Both the position numbers and the translations under genes were made by a program. Below the pieces are notes generated by a model. It had not been told where the DNA came from and ran no database searches. It saw only the letters and a program-made list of their open reading frames with translations. A stretch of 64,000 bases of DNA, from positions 1,512 through 65,511 of IMG/VR virus record IMGVR_UViG_3300032246_002701; one strand, 5' to 3'. This document shows, one piece after another, positions 57,578 through 64,000 of this stretch (within the stretch, counting starts at the first letter, position 1; every line of letters begins with the position of its first letter). This DNA is from a virus (lineage: Duplodnaviria > Caudoviricetes).

Positions 57578-59250
57578 TAGAAATAAAATCCATTAATTCT
57601 AGGAAACCATGTATCCCCGTACCCGCCGTGCGGAGTTTTTGTATATTCATAATCAGATCTTATCTCACACCAATAGGTTTTACCAAGACCGATTGCTATA
57701 CTTAATGCCGAACTTTGATTTCCGATAAATTGTTCACACCCTTGAATAATTCTTGCCAGTTCGAGAAGATCTTCTGTCTTGTGATAAGCAACTTTTATTT
57801 TAAAAGATTCTTCAAACTCAGAATGTTCTTTTTCAGTACCGACAAACAATCCATAATCTGCAAGACCATTCTTAATAAAGTCATTCCATCCTGTACCAGA
57901 AGCACCATATAGATGACGTTCAGTTCGATTGATTATAATCGACTTGCCTGGAATTCTAATAGGGTCCACTGGAGTTAACCAAGGCTCAAACAATAGCTTT
58001 TTTCTAAGTTCCGGTTCGTGGATGTTCATACCTTGAGTAAGAGCATAACATTCAGTTTGATTACCTTGCCACCCATTGATCATATGAAATTTGTAATGAT
58101 CACTGAAATCATAATCCAAATGTTCGTCCTTCCATAATGATACATTGTCGAAATAATCTTGTGCCTTTAGCAGAGGTTCGATCATATCATAATCTTGTTG
58201 GGTATATCTTCCTTTGGCAGGACCTGCATCCTTCCAACCTAGAACATTCTGTGCAAAATCGTCGAGTGCATTTAATTTAACATATAAATTACCTCCCCCT
58301 AAAATTTTCATTAGACAAAGGCTGTATATTGTGTCCCCAAATGTACCTATTGTGTAAAAGTTTGATTTCTTCATTTTTTTCCGATTATTAAGCGTATATT
58401 TTAAAATACTCGGATCAGGTTTGCAAGAGATATCTTGCCCATGATCAGCACTACGAACAACTTTTCCTAAATCTTTTTCATAATGATACACCCCAGGTCT
58501 TCTGTACCCGTTTCTTATTTTTTCCCACAAAGGATCAAAATGTCTTTCTATAGCATCCCAATCAGGATTTCCAGGATATGGCGGTTTAAATTTAGCAAAT
58601 CTAGTTATACATTTTGGATTAGAAACAATTTTGTATCCTGCTTGATCGATTTTTTGACCAAGCCAACCTGGTACAACTCTAGAACTCCATTCGATATCGT
58701 CTTCTTGCCCGAACAGTAGATTTTCGTTCATCGGTTGTTCTATCATGACTGATCTACGTGCCACCCAAAAAGATCCTTGTATAGCCATATAGGGAATAAA
58801 ACAATCAATATCCCAGGGTATAACCATAGCAAATGGGAGTTCTGGATATCCCGGTATCGGTCCGGCGCGCCATCCATTGCACCGTTGTCCACCTTGTTCA
58901 GGTAGAGAAAATGTCTGCTGTACACAAATATCCCAATCGGTTCCAAATTTTTCGAACTCATAATACCAATCCGGGTCAAATATATAATAGTCATGCATTA
59001 TTACAACAATTTCATATTGGCTAGCTTGTACTCCTAAATTCTTTTTTCTAGTTAACCAAGGAGAAGGCTTTTGTGTTTCATCAAATGGAATATGGATTGT
59101 GTTTTTTCGGTTGATCGTTGTTGTTAATCCGCCTACAATGATAATTTCATACTGTGGTATATTTGTTTGTTCGATGCTGTCTACCACTCGTAATAGGTTA
59201 GTGTCATCAGTACCTGACGTGGAAATTATAAAAGAAATGCCTGTCATCAA
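57577..59250 (-). CDS. Two-domain glycosyltransferase (GT-A-like plus GT9-like)
   Basis: YEIIIVG, KKNLG...A, MHDY, EDDIEWS; second domain G.FGD.IYSL...FIGNQS...IAIGLG. Confidence 0.7.
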   Translation of the reverse strand: MMTGISFIISTSGTDDTNLLRVVDSIEQTNIPQYEIIIVGGLTTTINRKNTIHIPFDETQKPSPWLTRKKNLGVQASQYEIVVIMHDYYIFDPDWYYEFEKFGTDWDICVQQTFSLPEQGGQRCNGWRAGPIPGYPELPFAMVIPWDIDCFIPYMAIQGSFWVARRSVMIEQPMNENLLFGQEDDIEWSSRVVPGWLGQKIDQAGYKIVSNPKCITRFAKFKPPYPGNPDWDAIERHFDPLWEKIRNGYRRPGVYHYEKDLGKVVRSADHGQDISCKPDPSILKYTLNNRKKMKKSNFYTIGTFGDTIYSLCLMKILGGGNLYVKLNALDDFAQNVLGWKDAGPAKGRYTQQDYDMIEPLLKAQDYFDNVSLWKDEHLDYDFSDHYKFHMINGWQGNQTECYALTQGMNIHEPELRKKLLFEPWLTPVDPIRIPGKSIIINRTERHLYGASGTGWNDFIKNGLADYGLFVGTEKEHSEFEESFKIKVAYHKTEDLLELARIIQGCEQFIGNQSSALSIAIGLGKTYWCEIRSDYEYTKTPHGGYGDTWFPRINGFYF

Positions 59251-59299
59251 TTGTCCCTATAAATAATAATATTAGTATTTAATTCTTAATTTATAGCAC

Positions 59300-60418
59300 A
59301 TGGAAATAATTCAACGTAACCAATGTTTAATCACCGGCAAAAGAGATATAGAACATATCTACACATTTAACCATTTTCCAATTTACATGGGTTGCACAGA
59401 TAACCTAGACCCTAGTTCAGATTTGTTTGCTGATATGAAATGGGGATTTTCTCAAAGCTCAGGTAACGTACAACTAATGGAATTAATAAAACCAGATGTC
59501 TTGTATAGCCAACATCATAATTCCGGAACCATCGGTGAAATATGGCGACAACATCATAGAAAGTTTTACGAATTTATTAGTAAGCACGGGTGTTCAAGTG
59601 CTTTAGAAATTGGTGGTGCTACCGGTTCATTAGCCAATTTATTTTTAGAAAATCAAAAAAATATTAGCTGGACTGTTATAGAACCTTCTTTAAAATTATC
59701 AATCAAAGATCCAAGAATTACCTGCATACAGGGATTTTTTGAAGATTATAATTTTAACTCTACATTCGACGCCGTAGTACATTCGCATCTTTTTGAGCAT
59801 GTATATGATCCTATTAAATTCCTACTAAAAGTAAGAAGTTTATTAAAAACAGGAGACAGTCAGTTTATCGCATTACCAAACATGCAGCATTGGCTAGCAG
59901 AAGGATATAACAGCACGCTGACTTTTGAGCATACATATTATGTAGACGAAAAAGTATTAGAAGCATTGTTAGCAAATGCAGGATTCGTTATAGCAGATAA
60001 AGTTGTGGAACCACATTCCATATTTGTTAGATGTATCAAAGTGGACGAGACAACTTTATCTGCTGCTCCTAGACTTGATTATGTTAAAGATGAATTTATA
60101 AAATATACAAATAGAATGAAACAAGATGTTGCTACCATCAACACCAATATTAAAAATAATAATATTTTTTTGTTTGGAGCACACGTATTCTCTCAAACAT
60201 TGTTAAATCTCGGCATTAATGAAACTCAAGTTTTAAGTATCCTAGATAACGATCCTAAAAAACAAAACAAGAGATTGTATGGTACAAACCTTATTGTAAA
60301 ATCTCCTAACTGTCTAGAAGGTCTACCCAGTCCGATTATTGTGGTTAGGTCAGGCATTTACACAGACGAAATTAAACAGGGAATCCTGAAAATTAATCCT
60401 ACTGCAATTTTTTATTAA
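59300..60418 (+). CDS. SAM-dependent (sugar C-)methyltransferase
   Basis: LEIGGATG, SHLFEH.YDP, FEHTYY, FGA, ILDND..KQ; TATAAATA at 59258. Confidence 0.85.
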   Translation: MEIIQRNQCLITGKRDIEHIYTFNHFPIYMGCTDNLDPSSDLFADMKWGFSQSSGNVQLMELIKPDVLYSQHHNSGTIGEIWRQHHRKFYEFISKHGCSSALEIGGATGSLANLFLENQKNISWTVIEPSLKLSIKDPRITCIQGFFEDYNFNSTFDAVVHSHLFEHVYDPIKFLLKVRSLLKTGDSQFIALPNMQHWLAEGYNSTLTFEHTYYVDEKVLEALLANAGFVIADKVVEPHSIFVRCIKVDETTLSAAPRLDYVKDEFIKYTNRMKQDVATINTNIKNNNIFLFGAHVFSQTLLNLGINETQVLSILDNDPKKQNKRLYGTNLIVKSPNCLEGLPSPIIVVRSGIYTDEIKQGILKINPTAIFY

Positions 60419-61140
60419 TGACTAAAATAAACATAATTATTCCAATGGCTGGGAAAGGCAGCAGATTTCCTAAAGACCAATATTTGCCTAAACCATTAAT
60501 TGATGTCAACGGCAAACCTATGATTGTGCGAGCAATAGAAAGTCTCGATATAAAAGATGCACAATGGCATTTTATTATTCGCAAAGATAATTTTACTGAT
60601 GCTGTTAAAGATATTATATCTAAAGTTGTTGTTAATCCTAGATTTAGCGAAGTTGAAAAAACAACCGAAGGGCCTGCTTGTTCTGCGTTATTGTTTAAAA
60701 AAGATATCAATAACGATCAAGAATTAGTCATTGCTAATTGTGATCAAATTATGGAATGGAACAGTAACTTGTTTTTTCATAATGTTCGATTATACGACGG
60801 TGCGGTAGTAACTTATTATAGTGATACCGATAAAAATAGTTACGTAAAATTAGATCGAAAAGGTAATGCTGTACGATTTGCAGAAAAAGAAGTTATTAGT
60901 AACATTAGCCTTAATGGTGTACATTATTGGAAACAAGGCCGATATTTTGTCGACAGTGCAGAAAAAATGATCGCCGCTGATGATAGAGCTCTAAACGGCG
61001 AGTTCTACATTGCACCAACATATAATTATATGATCCATTCAGGTAAGGTAGTAGGAATACACCACATTCCTAATGAACAACATCACGCTGTCGGTGTTCC
61101 TATAGATTTAGAAAGATTTTTAAAATATGAAAACACATAA
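60418..61140 (+). CDS. Sugar nucleotidyltransferase
   Basis: IPMAGKGSRF...PKPLI, TEGPA, NCDQ, AEK..IS, NGEFYIAPTYN. Confidence 0.88.
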   Translation: MTKINIIIPMAGKGSRFPKDQYLPKPLIDVNGKPMIVRAIESLDIKDAQWHFIIRKDNFTDAVKDIISKVVVNPRFSEVEKTTEGPACSALLFKKDINNDQELVIANCDQIMEWNSNLFFHNVRLYDGAVVTYYSDTDKNSYVKLDRKGNAVRFAEKEVISNISLNGVHYWKQGRYFVDSAEKMIAADDRALNGEFYIAPTYNYMIHSGKVVGIHHIPNEQHHAVGVPIDLERFLKYENT

Positions 61141-61450
61141 TTTAAATGAGTTTTGGCGAGGTTGGTTTATCGGGAACTTTGAACCATCATTGTTGAAAAC
61201 AGACCAATTTGAAGTCGGATTGTTAGCGCACCATAAGGGAGAAGCATGGCCTAAGCATTATCATGCTAGGCACACTGAATATAATCTTCTTGTTAAAGGT
61301 CAAATGAATATTTGCGGACAAATAATTAATTCTGGTGAGATTTTTGTTTTAGAACCAAATGAAATTGCTGATCCCGTATTCTTAGAAGATTGTCTTGTTC
61401 TCTGCATCAAACAGCCTAGTGTACCAGGAGATAAACATGAAGTTCTTTAG
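61127..61450 (+). CDS. Cupin-domain protein
   Basis: GWFIGNFEP, HYH...E...G, PSVPGDK. Confidence 0.8.
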   Translation: MKTHNLNEFWRGWFIGNFEPSLLKTDQFEVGLLAHHKGEAWPKHYHARHTEYNLLVKGQMNICGQIINSGEIFVLEPNEIADPVFLEDCLVLCIKQPSVPGDKHEVL

Positions 61451-62630
61451 AAATAGGGACGAGATTAACAGCAACAAATATTACATTGCTACCTATAAAA
61501 TGGCAAGTTCGGAAAATCTTCGAGAAGCCGCATGGAACTTGGCCATTGGACAAAGTGTAGGAAACCCTAGTGTTCGCAACGAATGGGAGACCGACGAGTT
61601 ATTCGAAAATCATAGTTGCCTTGTGGTTGGAGACGAAGATTTCTTAAAGCATCAAACAGAAGGTATTGTAGAAATTGCTTTTCCTGTGGTTAACACAGAT
61701 TGGGAAACTGATGGTATCAGTCATCTGCTCTGCCAATTAATGGGCGGACACGTCGACATTGATATTATAACCAAATGCCGATTAGTTAAATTAGAACTAC
61801 CCGAGTCAGTGACTAAACATTTCTTAGGTCCGAAATTTGGTCTATCAGGGTTTAGAGCATTAACAGGACAATACGGCAAACCATTATTTGGCAGTATTGT
61901 AAAACCTAAGATTGGTATTACCCCAGAAGTATTGTTAGAAATGGTTAAGCAGATGGTTGACGGCGGAGTTGACTTCATCAAGGAAGATGAGATCATGGTC
62001 AATCCTGCTTGTGCTCCATTGGAACGCAGAGTAGACATAATTTCTAACTACCTGGCCAAACAAAGTCGTAAGATTGTATTCTGTCATACCATTAATTGCG
62101 ATCCGCATGTGTTAGTAGATCGTGTTAAACGTGTTCATGAACTAGGAGGTACAGGTGTTCACATTAACGTATTCAGCGGATTTGGATCTTATAACAGTAT
62201 CCGTAAACTAGATCTACCATTGTATCTACATTATCAGAGCAGTGGCGCAAAGGTTACTACAGATAAGAATCACAGATTTAGTATTGCTTGGCCGGTAATG
62301 TGCCAATTGGCTACAATGATGGGAGCTGATACAATTCAAACAGGCATGGTCGGCGGTTACAGCAATGACGACCCGGAGGAAATCAAACAGTGTATTGACA
62401 TACTTACGGCTGGAAATACGGTTCCTGCTCTTAGCTGCGGAATGCATCCCGGATTAGTTGATCGTGTTACCGAAATTGCCGGTATTGATTATCTAGCAAA
62501 TGCAGGCGGTGCCGTGCATGGTCATCCAGGTGGAACCATCTCTGGAGCTCGTGCTATGCGACAAGCAGTCGACAAAACATATGGGCCGGAATATGATCAG
62601 GCAATTGAGAAATGGGGATTAATAAAATGA
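61437..62630 (+). CDS. RuBisCO-like protein (form IV)
   Basis: GQSVG, GPKFG..G.R, VKPKIG, GGVDFIKEDE, PALSCG, AGGAVHGHPGG...GA.A.RQA. Confidence 0.9.
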   Translation: MKFFRNRDEINSNKYYIATYKMASSENLREAAWNLAIGQSVGNPSVRNEWETDELFENHSCLVVGDEDFLKHQTEGIVEIAFPVVNTDWETDGISHLLCQLMGGHVDIDIITKCRLVKLELPESVTKHFLGPKFGLSGFRALTGQYGKPLFGSIVKPKIGITPEVLLEMVKQMVDGGVDFIKEDEIMVNPACAPLERRVDIISNYLAKQSRKIVFCHTINCDPHVLVDRVKRVHELGGTGVHINVFSGFGSYNSIRKLDLPLYLHYQSSGAKVTTDKNHRFSIAWPVMCQLATMMGADTIQTGMVGGYSNDDPEEIKQCIDILTAGNTVPALSCGMHPGLVDRVTEIAGIDYLANAGGAVHGHPGGTISGARAMRQAVDKTYGPEYDQAIEKWGLIK

Positions 62631-63328
62631 AAATTGCAATTATAATGACCGGGCATGTGAAAGGATGGAAAAGAACTTACGAAGGACTACAAAATCATGT
62701 ATTAAGACATCACGATGTCGATTTTTATTTAAGCACATGGGACGTAGATAATATCGGAAGAAATGGAAACCCCAACCACTATCCTGCAGTTGACATCGAA
62801 CCTGTTGTACAATTATATAAACCTAAAAAATTCAGAGTGGAAAATCATAATAGATATTACCAAAATAGATTCCCTCCGATATCATTTGAAGAAAGAGAAG
62901 ATGACGTTTTTAAAACTAATGCTCACGCAATAGAACACGGTAGATATTGGGTCGAAAGAATGCGCGACATGTGGTACATTATTAAGCAAGGATACCTATT
63001 AATCGACCACCCGGAAGAATACGATCTAATTATGAGATTAAGATTTGATGTAGTTCTCGATGCTATTACTTTTCAACAAACGGATGTTCTGATTTTTTTA
63101 CATGTTGATTTAAATAAAAAAAGTGTTTATGATTTACTTGCTTATGGGACACCTGATTTAATGAAGATATACTCTCATGTCTTTGATCATATAGAATCTA
63201 TGTATAAAAATAACAATATAAATATCGCACATTCAGATGAAATGTTAGGGGAATATCTAATAACATACAATAATATCATTCCCAACGGTGATTCATCAAT
63301 TCGTTTTCATGGAGCCTGGATAAATTGA
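62627..63328 (+). CDS. Hypothetical glycan-locus protein (possible glycosyltransferase)
   Basis: MKIAIIMTG, D.Y.STW, YKPKK, YDLIMRLRFD, D..AYG. Confidence 0.6.
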   Translation: MKIAIIMTGHVKGWKRTYEGLQNHVLRHHDVDFYLSTWDVDNIGRNGNPNHYPAVDIEPVVQLYKPKKFRVENHNRYYQNRFPPISFEEREDDVFKTNAHAIEHGRYWVERMRDMWYIIKQGYLLIDHPEEYDLIMRLRFDVVLDAITFQQTDVLIFLHVDLNKKSVYDLLAYGTPDLMKIYSHVFDHIESMYKNNNINIAHSDEMLGEYLITYNNIIPNGDSSIRFHGAWIN

Positions 63329-63783
63329 AATTAATTGCACATCGAGGACTACTTAAAGGTCCGGATAAAACTCTAGAAAATCACCCAGATCAAATACTCA
63401 AGGTAGTTGAATTAGGGTACGATTGTGAAGTAGATTTTTGGCTTGTAGATAGCAAATTTTATTTAGGGCATGATACCTATCAATATCAGATAGATGAATA
63501 CTTTTTGTCAAGATTGGGCAAGTTGTGGATACACGCTAAAAATTTAGATGCACTACATTGGTTATCGTCTTCTCAACAATCTTTGAATTATTTTTGGCAT
63601 CAAGAGGATGATTTCACATTAACTAGCCAAGGATATATTTGGACCTATCCGGGAAAATTGCTAACTGATCTTAGTATATCAGTTATGCCAGAATGGAATG
63701 ATCCAAATTTTAATAATTTAAATTTTAATTGTTTCGGAATATGCAGCGATTACATTTTAAAAATCAAACAATTACAAAAGTGA
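63325..63783 (+). CDS. PLC-like / glycerophosphodiester phosphodiesterase-fold protein
   Basis: IAHRG, EN, DCEVD, LGHD, WIHAKN, TLTS.GYIWTYPG, GICSD. Confidence 0.8.
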   Translation: MKLIAHRGLLKGPDKTLENHPDQILKVVELGYDCEVDFWLVDSKFYLGHDTYQYQIDEYFLSRLGKLWIHAKNLDALHWLSSSQQSLNYFWHQEDDFTLTSQGYIWTYPGKLLTDLSISVMPEWNDPNFNNLNFNCFGICSDYILKIKQLQK

Positions 63784-63834
63784 TATCTTTAATTTAAGAT
63801 TAACAACTAATTAAATATCTGTATAATTAACCTT

Positions 63835-63872
63835 GCGATCGTGAGTGGAATATGGTGGACCTCCCTAAGTTC
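63835..63872 (+). pseudogene. tRNA-like 5' half without a recognisable 3' half
   Basis: GCGATCGTGAGTGGAATATGGTGGAC resembles a tRNA-Leu/Ser acceptor 5' strand plus D-arm; TATAAT at 63822. Confidence 0.3.
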
Positions 63873-64000
63873 CATAAATACCTCTGAAAATAATTACCAT
63901 CTGCCAAAGTCAACCTCTCCGTTTTCTAATTTATATTGTCGCAGTATGCAATTGAAGGTAGTCATAGGAGTTTCAATATGATTTCTAATCATATGTTCAC

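Noticed and set aside
61437-62630. CO2-fixing RuBisCO
   Set aside because: KEDE motif, apparent loss of the H294, H327 and K334 equivalents, and no rbcS/prk nearby
1-64000. Bacterial chromosome origin, or stop-codon recoding
   Set aside because: Late promoters, virion genes and homing endonucleases indicate a phage; genes are intact in the standard code and TAA, TGA and TAG all serve as stops

Overview
Gene-dense, AT-rich segment of a large T4-like (myovirus/jumbo-type) phage genome. Phage evidence: recurrent TATAAATA/TAAATA late promoters, virion-type proteins, class Ia ribonucleotide reductase with homing endonucleases, and a Cas4-like exonuclease. The genetic code is standard. Layout: about 0-14 kb, virion/structural genes, including a ubiquitin-like protein, a tail-fibre-like protein and several proteins with T4 capsid-targeting-like N-termini. 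About 14-22 kb, nrdA fractured in its active site by a GIY-YIG gene, with non-splicing intein-like tails on both halves, plus HNH, nrdB, glutaredoxin and an M15 peptidase. About 22.7-23.5 kb, a circularly permuted two-piece tmRNA (tag ANDAYFGETRLAA) preceded by a mosaic of tmRNA fragments and alternative intervening hairpins, one carrying an ORF. About 24-37 kb, host-takeover genes: PlcP-Agt lipid remodelling, ClpX, bS21, YbaN, a stand-alone GluTR dimerisation domain, Hsp20 with a ROSE-like leader, ClpS, HemO-PcyX, TorF porin, TauD and rubrerythrin/rubredoxin. About 37.5-43.2 kb, a curli-type csgF-csgG-curlin-FecR-curlin-CHASE2 cyclase module. About 44-64 kb, a glycan biosynthesis island with branched/deoxy-sugar enzymes and a RuBisCO-like protein. 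The host is probably a proteobacterium, plausibly a betaproteobacterium (inference). All family calls come from motif recognition by eye; no database searches were run.
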